A stretch of 64,000 nucleotides of DNA from NCBI GenBank assembly GCA_043745805.1, contig JAYTSD010000020.1, positions 32,001 through 96,000 of the forward strand, given 5' to 3'. Of this stretch, positions 8,967 through 19,305 are shown in pieces (within the stretch, counting starts at the first letter, position 1; each line of letters starts with the position of its first letter). Position numbers and translations under genes: made by a program. The notes beneath the pieces were generated by a model that worked only from the letters and a program-made list of their open reading frames with translations, ran no database searches and was not told the DNA's origin. Origin of the DNA: Fibrobacteria bacterium (lineage in GTDB: Bacteria > Fibrobacterota > Fibrobacteria > UBA11236).

Positions 8967-9524
8967 CTAATATTTTGGCATAAAATTTAAGGGGATAAAT
9001 TCTTGGTAGATTTTTAAAGAATCAATATTTCCGTCAATTTTTATGGATTCACCATTTTTAACGATTTTTAGATTATAAGATTTCAGTGTATCTAAGTGCT
9101 CAGGTAGAAAGCCAGTTGCGAATTTGAAGATTAATTTTTTGTTTGTTGTATGGGAGTAATTTAAAGAATCAAAATTTGACGGCATGGTAAAACAAGTTAC
9201 AAATCCACCGCCTTCACCACCCCAGTCCATATAGTAAGAATAAACAAAGACAGTAGAATCCCCATCTAAGAATTGTACAGGACTCGAGGTTGTTTTTACC
9301 AATCCAATATGCAAAGTTTTTTTAGCCAGTAAATTCGTTTTTGTGGTAATTATCGCGTTTCCTTCGTCAATTGGAGCAGAAATTAATGGATCATTTGGCA
9401 CATTAGCAATACTCAGATCTTTATTTGTTGTATCTGAATTTGAACAGCCAGATATAATAAATAATGCAAATAAAATAATGCAACAAGTATAAACGTTAAG
9501 GGATTTGTGTTTAGGGTTACACAT
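8967..9524 (-). CDS. Hypothetical lipoprotein
   Basis: GAAAGGA RBS before the ATG at 9524; hydrophobic stretch ending in lipobox ISG-C. Confidence 0.65.
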   Translation of the reverse strand: MCNPKHKSLNVYTCCIILFALFIISGCSNSDTTNKDLSIANVPNDPLISAPIDEGNAIITTKTNLLAKKTLHIGLVKTTSSPVQFLDGDSTVFVYSYYMDWGGEGGGFVTCFTMPSNFDSLNYSHTTNKKLIFKFATGFLPEHLDTLKSYNLKIVKNGESIKIDGNIDSLKIYQEFIPLNFMPKY

Positions 9525-9596
9525 AAATATCCTTTCTAGCACGGTTCAAAGGACGTTTTGCAAAGCTTCAATAGAATCACAAATTAATTCCAATTA

Positions 9597-10646
9597 CTAT
9601 GGAATAATAAATGTTTGTAATGTCGGTTTAGCTTCACCGGATTTCATTTTTAAAATGTAAGTCCCTGATTTTAAACCGTTTTTCAAAGGCCAAGCGAAAG
9701 AAGTATTGCTTCCTGCAAAGCTTTGCTTCGCATAAGTGTCAATGCGCGATCCTTTTAAAGAATAAATTTCCAATGAAACCTTGCCTTGTATCATTTTTGG
9801 CAAGGTTAAAGTCAATAAATTGCCCTGAGCTTGAATTTGAATTTTTGGAAATAAGTGGTTTTGCGAAGCGAGTACACTTAAGCCTTCGGTTACATATAAT
9901 GTGTCAACTGTGATCCAAGAAAAGACTTGTGGACATAAGAAGTCAGGAGGGCACTGCCGCGTGATGTAAATTTGTACAGGATAAATACCTGCTTTAAGCC
10001 CATTTACGGAAAAAGAAGGCCCCCACGGAGTTATAGAGGTGATACAACGGTATTCAGAATGATGTTCATAATTAAAATTAGCATGAATAGATCCGTTTTG
10101 TAATATCGCTGAACGGTTAGTAAACACATCTTGGCAATTTTCATAATCATAATTTAGAAGTTGTAGGGTAAAGCTTTGATTTGGAGTTGCAGTATTAGGA
10201 TTTATAAACCAGCCCACCCTATCTTCTATAGTTAAAGTATCTACAAATACCAGCGGCACTGCCATCTTACATACTGAAGGCACTTGCACTTGGCAAGGAA
10301 CTAGAGGCGAAGCATAGACTTTATATTTTTTTGCTTTTAATTCGGGTAAAGTAAATTGCGGACCATAAGGTTTATAAATAGCAGGACAAATTGCATTAGC
10401 ATTTTCTGTAGGTAAAAATGACAATACAATTTCGCTATCATTCGAAGTGACTTGAGTATGCGAGTAGGTTGTTCCGCAATTATAATTAAAACTCAATAAT
10501 GACAAAGTAATTTTCTCATTAGAAAAACCCCTTGTCGGGGTTATGCTAAAAGCTTTTTCCTTGATCTGTGCTTCAAGCAATGAAGACGTTATCAATAAAG
10601 CAAATAACAAAATGTGTCCATATTTTTTTACTTTGTGAAATTGCAT
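9597..10646 (-). CDS. Secreted protein with two 4-Cys repeat domains and a T9SS-type CTD
   Basis: GAGG RBS before the ATG at 10646; paralog of 7819-8877; CTD VSLEIYSLKGSRI...SGTYILKM. Confidence 0.8.
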   Translation of the reverse strand: MQFHKVKKYGHILLFALLITSSLLEAQIKEKAFSITPTRGFSNEKITLSLLSFNYNCGTTYSHTQVTSNDSEIVLSFLPTENANAICPAIYKPYGPQFTLPELKAKKYKVYASPLVPCQVQVPSVCKMAVPLVFVDTLTIEDRVGWFINPNTATPNQSFTLQLLNYDYENCQDVFTNRSAILQNGSIHANFNYEHHSEYRCITSITPWGPSFSVNGLKAGIYPVQIYITRQCPPDFLCPQVFSWITVDTLYVTEGLSVLASQNHLFPKIQIQAQGNLLTLTLPKMIQGKVSLEIYSLKGSRIDTYAKQSFAGSNTSFAWPLKNGLKSGTYILKMKSGEAKPTLQTFIIP

Positions 10647-10713
10647 ATACACCTCATATCAATTATTAAACCTAAGCCAAAAACGATTATCAAACTCTTG
10701 ATTTCCGATAAAA

Positions 10714-12120
10714 TTATTTGGCCCACTTAAAAGTTTTCAGCATCGGTTGAAATCCCGAACCATTCAGTTTCAGTAAATAATTTCCCCGCAGTAAATTTTG
10801 TTCTAATGCTAAATTCAAATGATTAAGGCCCTTGGCTAAGTTAATAGGCGCGAAGCTTTTGATAAGGCTTCCTGCCAAAGAATAGATTTCTACGGTAACA
10901 TTGCATTTTTCTACCAAAGAAAATTGCAAAGCAAGATTTTCCCCTTGAGTGATTATCTGTAAATCTTTTTCATTCTTTTTATAAACATGAATTACATCTA
11001 AGGTGTTTAATACAAATAAGGTGTCATCCGGGATTTGATAAATTAAAAGACAGGCCGCTCCTGGTGGGCATTTAGGAGGAAGATGAGAGTATACAGGATA
11101 TGTTCCCACTTTAAGTCCAGGCATAAAAAAGGAGGGGCCAAAGGGACGAATGTCTGTTATGCAGCGAATTTCAGGATGATTCACAATGGTGAAATCAGTA
11201 TAAATAGTCCCATTTTCTATTAATACTGAAGGATTAATAAAACTAGTATTACAATTACCATAATCATTATTCAGCAATTGCAAAGTAAAATTTTGATTCG
11301 CCTTAGCTTGCTTAGGAGAAATATACCATCCCACTCTAGGCATTGGATTTTCAATACTTAAAGTATCTACGAATTCCTGGGGAATCGCGATTTTACAGGA
11401 GGGCACTTGTACTAAGCAAGGCACTAATTTGGAGACGGACACTTTATACTTTCCAGCTTTCAAAGCAGGGATAGTAAAATTGGGGCCATAGGCATTAAAT
11501 ATAAGTGGACAGGCAATAACGGTTTGTTCACTAGGTAAAAAGGACAAATTAATTTGATCTCCATTTACAGTAACCTGTTGATGAGAAAAGGATGTGCCGC
11601 AATTAAATTGATTGCTAAGCAAGGACAAGGTAAAGGATTTATTGGGAAGCGAATTTGTAGGGGTTATGCTATAAGCGTTTTGTTTTGGATTTACTATTAA
11701 AGTGTCGATAGGAGTGATAGGTTGAAGACCCAAACTATAACACCCTGAATCCAAGGCGCAATCATGCATTCGATTGTCATATATTTCATATTTTCCCGCA
11801 GCGAGAGCTGGAAGATCAAACACGGGACCATATGCAAATGGCTTCCCATCAAGCTTGAAACAAGGAATTGATGCATCGCGAAACTTATAACTCAACATAA
11901 TTTTTTTACCCTCAATGCTTGCTGATAAAGACGAAAACCTCATCGAACAATTGAAACCTTGCACCTGCAATTGAAAGTTTTGCCCTTCAGTAGTCGACGA
12001 GGGCGATATCCAAGCATTTTTTGGTAATGAATCAACAATTGGAGAAGCGGCATAAAGTTGTATTGGCAAAACACATATTATTAAGAACAGGTAAAAATTT
12101 GTCCACTTAAGTCTTTTCAT
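10714..12120 (-). CDS. Secreted protein with three 4-Cys repeat domains and a T9SS-type CTD
   Basis: AAGGA RBS before the ATG at 12120; three repeats; CTD VTVEIYSLAGSLIK...RGNYLLKL. Confidence 0.8.
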   Translation of the reverse strand: MKRLKWTNFYLFLIICVLPIQLYAASPIVDSLPKNAWISPSSTTEGQNFQLQVQGFNCSMRFSSLSASIEGKKIMLSYKFRDASIPCFKLDGKPFAYGPVFDLPALAAGKYEIYDNRMHDCALDSGCYSLGLQPITPIDTLIVNPKQNAYSITPTNSLPNKSFTLSLLSNQFNCGTSFSHQQVTVNGDQINLSFLPSEQTVIACPLIFNAYGPNFTIPALKAGKYKVSVSKLVPCLVQVPSCKIAIPQEFVDTLSIENPMPRVGWYISPKQAKANQNFTLQLLNNDYGNCNTSFINPSVLIENGTIYTDFTIVNHPEIRCITDIRPFGPSFFMPGLKVGTYPVYSHLPPKCPPGAACLLIYQIPDDTLFVLNTLDVIHVYKKNEKDLQIITQGENLALQFSLVEKCNVTVEIYSLAGSLIKSFAPINLAKGLNHLNLALEQNLLRGNYLLKLNGSGFQPMLKTFKWAK

Positions 12121-12382
12121 TTTGGCTTCCTTTATGTTAATAAAAAGCAAATTACTAATGTAGTGTAAACTATAATCAATTATTTAAAATAAAGCCGCAT
12201 ATTATTTAAATAAATCTTATAAAATGAACTTATTTGTAGTGTAATTAAAATTTAAAAAGACAAGTATTGGCTAAATTTGGCGAAAAAATGGATTACAAAG
12301 CTGAATCCTTAAGGTGCCTATCCGTGACTTAATTGCAAAAGCTAACTTTGCTTTCTTTTCAAAATTCATTTAAGGAAAAAAT

Positions 12383-14062
12383 ATGGCTGAGAAATTCATC
12401 TATTATATGCACCGAATGACCAAGATTTATCCACCCAGCAAAGAAGTATTAAAAAGTATTTCTTTGTCTTTTTACTATGGCGCAAAAATTGGCATCATCG
12501 GCTATAATGGTTCGGGTAAATCCACTTTGTTACGTATCATGGCCGGTACGGACACGGATTTTCAAGGCGAGGCTTGGTTAGAATCTGGGCGTACCGTAGG
12601 TTATTTGCCGCAGGAGCCTAAGCTCGATGAAAGCCTTGATGTTAAAGGCAATGTAGAGTTGGCTGTGAAGTCTACCATAACTTTGCTCGATAATTTTAAT
12701 GCCATTTCTTTAAAATTTGCAGATCCCATGTCCGATGACGAAATGCAAAAACTTTTGGATAAGCAAGCCAACTTACAAGATCAAATTGATGCTTGCGATG
12801 GCTGGAATTTAGATCGACATTTGGAAATCGCTATGGATGCTTTACGCTTGCCGCCTTCCGATGCAAGTGTGAAAAACTTATCAGGGGGTGAAAAGCGTCG
12901 CGTAGCCTTATGTCGTTTATTATTAGAAAAACCCGATTTGCTATTGCTGGATGAACCGACTAATCATTTAGATGCCGAATCTGTGGCTTGGCTCGAAAGA
13001 CATTTGCGAGAATATGCGGGTTCGGTGATTTTGGTTACCCATGATAGATATTTTCTTGACAATGTAGTTGGCTGGATTTTGGAATTGGATCGTGGCAAAG
13101 GCATTCCTTGGGAAGGAAATTATTCCGCTTGGTTGGAACAAAAAGGCAATCGTTTAGCACAAGAAGAAAAAGAAGAAACACGCCGTCAAAAACAATTGAA
13201 ACAAGAATTGGAATGGGTGAGGCTTTCGCAAAAAGCTCGCCAAGCCAAGGGCAAGGCGCGTTTGGCCGCTTATGAAAAATTAAGAGAAGAAATTACTCCC
13301 GACAAAATGCAAACGGCGCAAATTGTTATTCCACATGGCCCGCGTTTAGGCGATGTGGTGATACAGGCGAAAAATTTGAGTAAAGCGTATGGTGATACTT
13401 TATTATTTGATAATTTGGTTTTTGATTTACCTAGAGCCGGTATTGTAGGAGTGATTGGGCCAAATGGGGCAGGAAAAACCACCTTATTCAAATTAATTAC
13501 GGGCCAAGAAAAACCCGATGCGGGTGAATTAATTGTGGGAGAGTCTGTAAAGCTTAGTTATGTCGATCAATCACGTGATGCTTTAAATGGCGAAAAATCT
13601 GTATTTGAAGAAATCACGGGAGGAAAAGATTTAATCACTTTAGGTAATGCCGAAGTTAACTCGCGCGCTTATGTGGGAAAATTTAATTTCTCTGGTGGCG
13701 ATCAACAAAAGAAAGTTAAAGATTTATCTGGTGGTGAACGTAATCGCGTGCATTTGGCTAAGCTTTTGCAAACGGGTGGCAATTTACTTTTGCTCGATGA
13801 GCCGACTAATGATTTAGATGTCGATACTCTGCAAGCCCTGGAACAAGCCATTCTCAGCTTCTCTGGTTGTGTGGTGGTGATTTCTCATGATCGCTGGTTT
13901 TTGGATCGTATTGCAACGCATATGTTAGCCTTTGAAGGTAACAGCCAAGTTATTTGGCATGAAGGTAACTTTGCAGAATATGAAGAAGCCAAGAAAAAGC
14001 GTTTAGGTATTGATGCAGATCAGCCTACCCGATTAAAGTATAAGCCCTTAATTCGAAAGTAA
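12383..14062 (+). CDS. ettA: Energy-dependent translational throttle protein EttA (ABC-F)
   Basis: [15 protein letters not shown]-terminus, two ABC domains ([21 protein letters not shown]), ELEWVR linker, 559 aa. Confidence 0.95.
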   Translation: MAEKFIYYMHRMTKIYPPSKEVLKSISLSFYYGAKIGIIGYNGSGKSTLLRIMAGTDTDFQGEAWLESGRTVGYLPQEPKLDESLDVKGNVELAVKSTITLLDNFNAISLKFADPMSDDEMQKLLDKQANLQDQIDACDGWNLDRHLEIAMDALRLPPSDASVKNLSGGEKRRVALCRLLLEKPDLLLLDEPTNHLDAESVAWLERHLREYAGSVILVTHDRYFLDNVVGWILELDRGKGIPWEGNYSAWLEQKGNRLAQEEKEETRRQKQLKQELEWVRLSQKARQAKGKARLAAYEKLREEITPDKMQTAQIVIPHGPRLGDVVIQAKNLSKAYGDTLLFDNLVFDLPRAGIVGVIGPNGAGKTTLFKLITGQEKPDAGELIVGESVKLSYVDQSRDALNGEKSVFEEITGGKDLITLGNAEVNSRAYVGKFNFSGGDQQKKVKDLSGGERNRVHLAKLLQTGGNLLLLDEPTNDLDVDTLQALEQAILSFSGCVVVISHDRWFLDRIATHMLAFEGNSQVIWHEGNFAEYEEAKKKRLGIDADQPTRLKYKPLIRK

Positions 14063-14117
14063 TATTTGCTTTGGGGTAGTTTCACCTATTAGGAGAATGA
14101 TTAATACTGTTGATAAA

Positions 14118-14160
14118 GCTCAAAATCACTTCTATTCAAAGTGCTTTTGAGTAAATTTTT
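14118..14160 (+). terminator. Hairpin downstream of ettA, probable terminator
   Basis: gctcaaaatcactt / aagtgcttttgagt 14-bp stem with one mismatch, followed by an A/T-rich run. Confidence 0.5.
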
Positions 14161-14179
14161 TATTGAATTAATCCTATAC

Positions 14180-14208
14180 TTGAAATCCACTAATATTTTT
14201 TATATTGT
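14180..14208 (+). promoter_or_regulatory. Candidate sigma70 promoter
   Basis: TTGAAA-17 bp-TATTGT; the predicted start (~14214) coincides with the first leader hairpin. Confidence 0.45.
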
Positions 14209-14213
14209 TTGCG

Positions 14214-14302
14214 AACTTTTTTCGCAGAATGGGGTTGTGCGAAAAAGTTTCAACTTCCACTCCGTCTTTTTGATTCGAGTATAATTCGGATTTCAAAGAG
14301 AC
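14214..14302 (+). promoter_or_regulatory. Structured 5' leader (two hairpins) of the small HTH gene
   Basis: aacttttttcgca/tgcgaaaaagtt (14214-14249) and gtctttttgattcgag/ttcggatttcaaagagac (14264-14302), the second with several G-U pairs. Confidence 0.5.
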
Positions 14303-14329
14303 TAAACTTTATAGTATTAAGGAAATAGG

Positions 14330-14620
14330 ATGAAACAGAAAAAAGGATTTACCGGAAATCGTTATAGCAAAGCCGAAAAAGCAGACATCGTTAAGTTTGT
14401 AGAAGACTATGATGCTAAAAATGGACGTGGCGGTATTGCTACAGCTCAACGTAAATTCAAAGTCAGTTATATTGCTTTGCGCAATTGGATTGCTGGATCA
14501 AATATTGGTAGCAAAAAAAGCGGTGCTGGAGTTGGTGCGGTTTTAGCCCAATTACAATTGCTAAAGAATCAAATGAAAGATTTGGAACGCGCAGTACGCA
14601 AATTGAAAAAAACGGCTTAA
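14330..14620 (+). CDS. Small basic HTH DNA-binding protein with C-terminal coiled coil
   Basis: RYSKAEKADIV...IATAQRKFKVSYIALRNWI resembles the IS3-OrfA/homeodomain-like HTH; heptad LAQLQLLKNQMKDLERAVRKL. Confidence 0.7.
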   Translation: MKQKKGFTGNRYSKAEKADIVKFVEDYDAKNGRGGIATAQRKFKVSYIALRNWIAGSNIGSKKSGAGVGAVLAQLQLLKNQMKDLERAVRKLKKTA

Positions 14621-14649
14621 TCGTCGTTTAATAAAAAGTAAAGCAAAAA

Positions 14650-14958
14650 TTAATTGCTTTCGGCGAGGGGTTTAAAATCAAAGCGACTAGGTTCAAAATC
14701 TGGTGCTGAGGTTTTAGCCCCGGCTGCCTTTAGAATTTTCATGGCTTGTAATTGACCATTGCTTGAAGCCGCAAGATAAGGCGTCCAACCTTCTTTATCT
14801 TTAGCATTAATATCAGCACCTGCCTCCATCAAACGTATCACTTCTTTAGTTTCCCCTCTTTCGGCGGCGCGGATTAAGAGTTGGTTTTTGTTTCCCATCG
14901 AGGAGCAGCCGATGAACTGCGTCATACAGACTACTAGTGAATAGTGCCAAAGGGTCAT
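14650..14958 (-). CDS. Small ankyrin-repeat lipoprotein
   Basis: AGAGG RBS before the ATG at 14958; lipobox FIG-C; LIRAAERG...GADINAKDKEGWTPYLAASSNG. Confidence 0.75.
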   Translation of the reverse strand: MTLWHYSLVVCMTQFIGCSSMGNKNQLLIRAAERGETKEVIRLMEAGADINAKDKEGWTPYLAASSNGQLQAMKILKAAGAKTSAPDFEPSRFDFKPLAESN

Positions 14959-15186
14959 GGACAGCCTCTTGTTAGTGATTTCTTCTATTTTAATCATGGA
15001 GTATACCCTTTTAATCTCTGTATCCATTTTCCCCTTAGATTTTCCTTCCAACAATCTTTAAAAGCAATATTTTTTGGGAGAAAAACACCCAGCATTTCTG
15101 GGCTTTTTAGTTTGGACCAAATAACTTTGAATAAGGCCATAGGAATTTTTTAATTTCCTTCACAAAGGTTTAAAAGGAGTTTCAAA

Positions 15187-16008
15187 GTGGCAGATTTGAT
15201 CGAGAAAATTCAACGGGCAAAGACTTGGCTAGAAGCTCGTACTCAGAATAAGCCAGCATGGGGCATTATTCTGGGAACGGGCCTAGGATCCTTGACGCAG
15301 GCAATGAAAATTGCTGCTGAAATCGATTATGATCAAATACCTCATTTTGTTCAAAGTACTGTGGAATCTCATAAAAGCAAGCTGATTTTTGGGGAAATTT
15401 CGGGAAAGTCGGTGGTGGTGATGCAAGGACGTTTTCACTATTATGAAGGTTATTCCATGGAGGAAATCACTTTTCCGGTGCGTGTCATGAAAGCTTTGGG
15501 CGTGCATTCCTTAATCGTCTCTAATATTGCCGGAGGCCTCAATCCGCAGTTTAATGTGGGCGATTTAATGGTCATTACGGACCATATTAATTTACTCGGC
15601 ACTAATCCCCTCATTGGAAAAAATTATGAGGAATTGGGCCCGCGCTTTCCCGATATGATAGAACCCTATTCCAAAGCCTATGTACAAGCCCTTGTAAACA
15701 TTGCCTTAAAACAAGGTTTAGCGGTGCATAAAGGGGTTTATTCATGTATGTCGGGACCCAGTTTAGAAACTGCCGCGGAATATCGCATGTTACGTATAAT
15801 CGGCGCCGACGCTATTGGTATGTCTACCGTACCCGAGGTCATTACAGCCGTGCATACAGGGCTAAAAGTTTTAGGCATTAGTTTGATTTCCGATTTGTGC
15901 ATGGCTGATAATTTGAAAGCCATTAATATTGTTGAGTTGATGAAGGTGGCTGCGGAAGTGGAGCCTAAATTAACGCGCTTAGTACAAAGTTTTTTACAAG
16001 AAGTTTAA
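15187..16008 (+). CDS. Purine-nucleoside phosphorylase (trimeric PNP type)
   Basis: IILGTGLG, MQGRFHYYEG, GPRFPDM, GPSLETAAE and GMSTVPEV motifs; GTG start with AAGGAG RBS. Confidence 0.93.
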   Translation: MADLIEKIQRAKTWLEARTQNKPAWGIILGTGLGSLTQAMKIAAEIDYDQIPHFVQSTVESHKSKLIFGEISGKSVVVMQGRFHYYEGYSMEEITFPVRVMKALGVHSLIVSNIAGGLNPQFNVGDLMVITDHINLLGTNPLIGKNYEELGPRFPDMIEPYSKAYVQALVNIALKQGLAVHKGVYSCMSGPSLETAAEYRMLRIIGADAIGMSTVPEVITAVHTGLKVLGISLISDLCMADNLKAINIVELMKVAAEVEPKLTRLVQSFLQEV

Positions 16009-16081
16009 AAGCGGGTCTCCCTTAGATTGGTGAGAATTAAAAGTTAAATTTCACCTCTCTTAAAGGGAAATATGCTCAGAT

Positions 16082-19000
16082 ATGTTTAGGGAACCAGAAA
16101 AATCAGCCTCATTTAGCGACCTCGAAGCCAGAACGCTAAAGCTATGGGATAAAGACGATAGTTTTAAACAAAGTGTAGAACAACGCTCTAAAGCCAAGCC
16201 TTTTATTTTCAATGATGGCCCTCCTTTTGCCACGGGGTTACCGCATTATGGCCATTTACTAGCCGGTACTATCAAAGACATTGTGCCTCGCTATTGGACT
16301 ATGAAAGGCTATCGCGTGGAACGCCGCTTTGGTTGGGATTGCCATGGCCTGCCTATTGAAAGTTTAATTCAAGACGAGTTAAAGCTCACCACGGTGCATG
16401 ATATTAAAGAATATGGCATTGGCAAGTTTAATGAAGCGTGTCGCGCCGGTGTACTTAAGTACACGCAAGAATGGCGCAGCACCGTGCGCAAAATGGGCCG
16501 CTGGGTAGATTTTGAAAATGAATATAAAACCATGGATTTATCCTTTATGGAATCCGTTTGGTGGGTGTTCAAACAATGTTTTGACAAAGGTTTAATTTAT
16601 CAGGGTTATCGCATACAACCTTATAGTCCTGCTTTAGCGACCTCTTTATCTAATTTTGAAGTCAATCAAGGTTACCGTGACCGGCAAGATCCCTCCGTAA
16701 CATTGACGTTTCCCTTAGAAGGCACAGATGAAAGTGTTTTGGTGTGGACGACTACGCCATGGACTTTGCCAAGTAATTTAGCCATCGCCATGAAAGACGA
16801 TTTAACTTATGTGCTAGTCGAGCATGACGGCCATAAATATTGGCTTGCGGAAGCGCGCTTGCTTAATTATTTCGATGCGAATGTTAAAGTTTTGGATAAA
16901 CAACTAGGGAATTTTTTCGCGGGGAAAAAATATCGATCGCTGTTTAATTTCGCTCCTACCCTTTCGGAAAAACAATACACCATTCGGCTTGCTGATTTTG
17001 TCAGTGCAGACGATGGAACCGGTGCCGTGCACATTGCGCCTTCTTTTGGGGAAGAGGATTTTCAACTGGGGCAAAAAGAAGGCTTAGGGCTTTTCGATCC
17101 CTTGGATGTGGAAGGGAAGTTTACGGATTTGGTGCCGCCTTGGAAAGGCATTGGTGCTAAGGATGCTGATAAAAGCATTTTGCATACACTTAAGGCCGAA
17201 CACCGTGTTTACCGCCATGATACCCTCATGCATAGTTATCCGCATTGCTGGCGTACCGATGTGCCGCTTTTATATCGCGCATTGAAAACTTGGTTTTTAA
17301 GTTTGGAAAAAGAAATTACTTCGGCTGAAGGTGAAACCAAAACGCTCAAAGAGTGGATGATACATTGTAATAAGCAAATCAATTGGGTGCCGGATCATAT
17401 TAAAAGTGGTCGCTTTGGCAAATGGTTAGATGGCGCACGCGATTGGAATTTAAGTCGCAATCGTTTTTGGGGCACTTGCATTCCCGTATGGATTGCAGAA
17501 GATGGCGATATGCTTTGTGTGGGTAGTGTGGCTGAATTGGAAGCGCTCACCGGCCAAAAGGTTACGGATTTGCATAAGCATGTCGTGGATATTTTAGAAA
17601 TTAAAACTTTCGATAAAAAAACTTATGCTGCGAATGGTAAAACCTATACACGCACTCCCGAAGTTTTAGATTGTTGGTTTGAATCCGGCTCTATGCCTTA
17701 TGCACAGCCGCATTATCCTTTTGAAAATGCTGATCAATTGCAAAATTTATTTCCTGCGGATTTCATTGCCGAAGGTCTCGATCAAACGCGGGGCTGGTTT
17801 TATACGCTCACGGTTTTAGGCGCAGCTTTATTTCAAAAGCCAGCTTTTAAAAATGTAATTGTGAATGGAATTATTCTCGCGGAAGATGGACAAAAAATGT
17901 CCAAGCGTTTAAAGAATTATCCTGATCCCAATGATTTGATTTCCCGCACTTCGGCGGACGCGATTCGTTTATTTATGATTGATTCGGCAGCTGTTAAAGG
18001 GGAAGAATTAAAGTTTAGCGAAGTCGGTGTGAAAAATATCACACGTGCCGTAATGTTACCTTTATGGAATGCCTTATCATTATTTGTGACCTATGCCAAT
18101 GCTGACAGTGCCAAAGGGCAATTGACTTGGAAGCCGGGGCAAATTTTAATTTCTGAACATGAACTAGATAGATGGATACTTTCCGACTTGCAACAATTAT
18201 TGGAAAAAGTGCAAAAGGAAATGGATGCGTATCGTTTATATAATGTAGTTCCGGCAGTAGTAGAATTTGTAGATGATTTGACGAATTGGTATATCCGCCG
18301 TTCGCGTCGTCGTTTTTGGAAATCTGAAAATGATCAAGACAAAAATTTTGCCTATGCCACTTTATATCAAGTGCTCGTGGAATTCTCTAAGGTGCTGGCT
18401 CCCTTTTTGCCTTTTATGGCCGAAGAGATTTACCAAATTTTAGTGCGCGAAGCTGATGCCAATGGACAGAACAGCAATCAACCGAAGTCCGTTCATCATT
18501 GTGATTTTCCAGTTAAGAACGAAAAATTACTCGAAATAGCTTTGAATGAAAAAATGCAAATTGTCCGCGAGGCCGTAAATTTAGGTCGCGCTTTACGCGC
18601 CAAGCATAATATCAAAAATCGCCAACCCTTACAGTCACTCATAGTGGTAGTACGCAATGAGACGCAAAAACAAGAAATCTTGTCTATGTCCGACCTTATT
18701 CGCGACGAATTAAATGTCAAAACCGTGGAAATTACCTTGGATGAGAGCACTTTGGTCACTTATCAAGCCAAAGCCAATTTCAAAACTTTGGGCAAAAAAC
18801 TCGGTAAGTCAATGAAAATAGTTGCGGAAAAAGTTGCTTTATTACACCATAATGAAATAAACTCAATCCTGGCTGGAAAAAATCACTTCTTGGAAGAGGG
18901 TGAAATAACCGCCGAAGACATTACGGTGTTGCGAGAAGTAAAGCCTGGCTTAGTAGTAGAAGCGAGTCAGGGTTTAACTGTGGCACTAGACATTGGCATT

Positions 19001-19285
19001 ACGCCGGCTTTGGAAGTGGAAATGTTCGCAAGGGAATGTGTGAGCAAAATCCAAAGTTTACGTAAGGATTCTGGTTTGGAAGTTACAGACCGAATACAAT
19101 TGTCGATAGAAACAAATTCAGATCTATTTCGGGAAGCATTTAACGGACATGCGGACTATATTTGCTCCGAAGTCTTAGCAGAGAGTTTTGGATTTGTAAC
19201 CGGCTTGCCGGGGAATGAAGAAAACGCCTTGATTGTGAATGACGAAAAAGCGTTATTTGCCATTAAGAAAAGGGTTTTGAATTAA
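16082..19285 (+). CDS. ileS: Isoleucine--tRNA ligase, type 2
   Basis: DGPPFATGLPHYGH, GWDCHGLP, WTTTPWTLP, EGLDQTRGWF, KMSKR; long C-terminus without a zinc finger, as in IleRS2. Confidence 0.97.
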   Translation: MFREPEKSASFSDLEARTLKLWDKDDSFKQSVEQRSKAKPFIFNDGPPFATGLPHYGHLLAGTIKDIVPRYWTMKGYRVERRFGWDCHGLPIESLIQDELKLTTVHDIKEYGIGKFNEACRAGVLKYTQEWRSTVRKMGRWVDFENEYKTMDLSFMESVWWVFKQCFDKGLIYQGYRIQPYSPALATSLSNFEVNQGYRDRQDPSVTLTFPLEGTDESVLVWTTTPWTLPSNLAIAMKDDLTYVLVEHDGHKYWLAEARLLNYFDANVKVLDKQLGNFFAGKKYRSLFNFAPTLSEKQYTIRLADFVSADDGTGAVHIAPSFGEEDFQLGQKEGLGLFDPLDVEGKFTDLVPPWKGIGAKDADKSILHTLKAEHRVYRHDTLMHSYPHCWRTDVPLLYRALKTWFLSLEKEITSAEGETKTLKEWMIHCNKQINWVPDHIKSGRFGKWLDGARDWNLSRNRFWGTCIPVWIAEDGDMLCVGSVAELEALTGQKVTDLHKHVVDILEIKTFDKKTYAANGKTYTRTPEVLDCWFESGSMPYAQPHYPFENADQLQNLFPADFIAEGLDQTRGWFYTLTVLGAALFQKPAFKNVIVNGIILAEDGQKMSKRLKNYPDPNDLISRTSADAIRLFMIDSAAVKGEELKFSEVGVKNITRAVMLPLWNALSLFVTYANADSAKGQLTWKPGQILISEHELDRWILSDLQQLLEKVQKEMDAYRLYNVVPAVVEFVDDLTNWYIRRSRRRFWKSENDQDKNFAYATLYQVLVEFSKVLAPFLPFMAEEIYQILVREADANGQNSNQPKSVHHCDFPVKNEKLLEIALNEKMQIVREAVNLGRALRAKHNIKNRQPLQSLIVVVRNETQKQEILSMSDLIRDELNVKTVEITLDESTLVTYQAKANFKTLGKKLGKSMKIVAEKVALLHHNEINSILAGKNHFLEEGEITAEDITVLREVKPGLVVEASQGLTVALDIGITPALEVEMFARECVSKIQSLRKDSGLEVTDRIQLSIETNSDLFREAFNGHADYICSEVLAESFGFVTGLPGNEENALIVNDEKALFAIKKRVLN

Positions 19286-19305
19286 CTGTGGGTGAAGGAG
19301 ACCTT

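Noticed and set aside
14330-14620. IS3-family insertion sequence
   Set aside because: Only an HTH-like ORF is present; I found no DDE ORF, terminal inverted repeats or target duplication.
16009-16081. T-box leader before ileS
   Set aside because: The gap is only 73 bp and has no T-box sequence or terminator.
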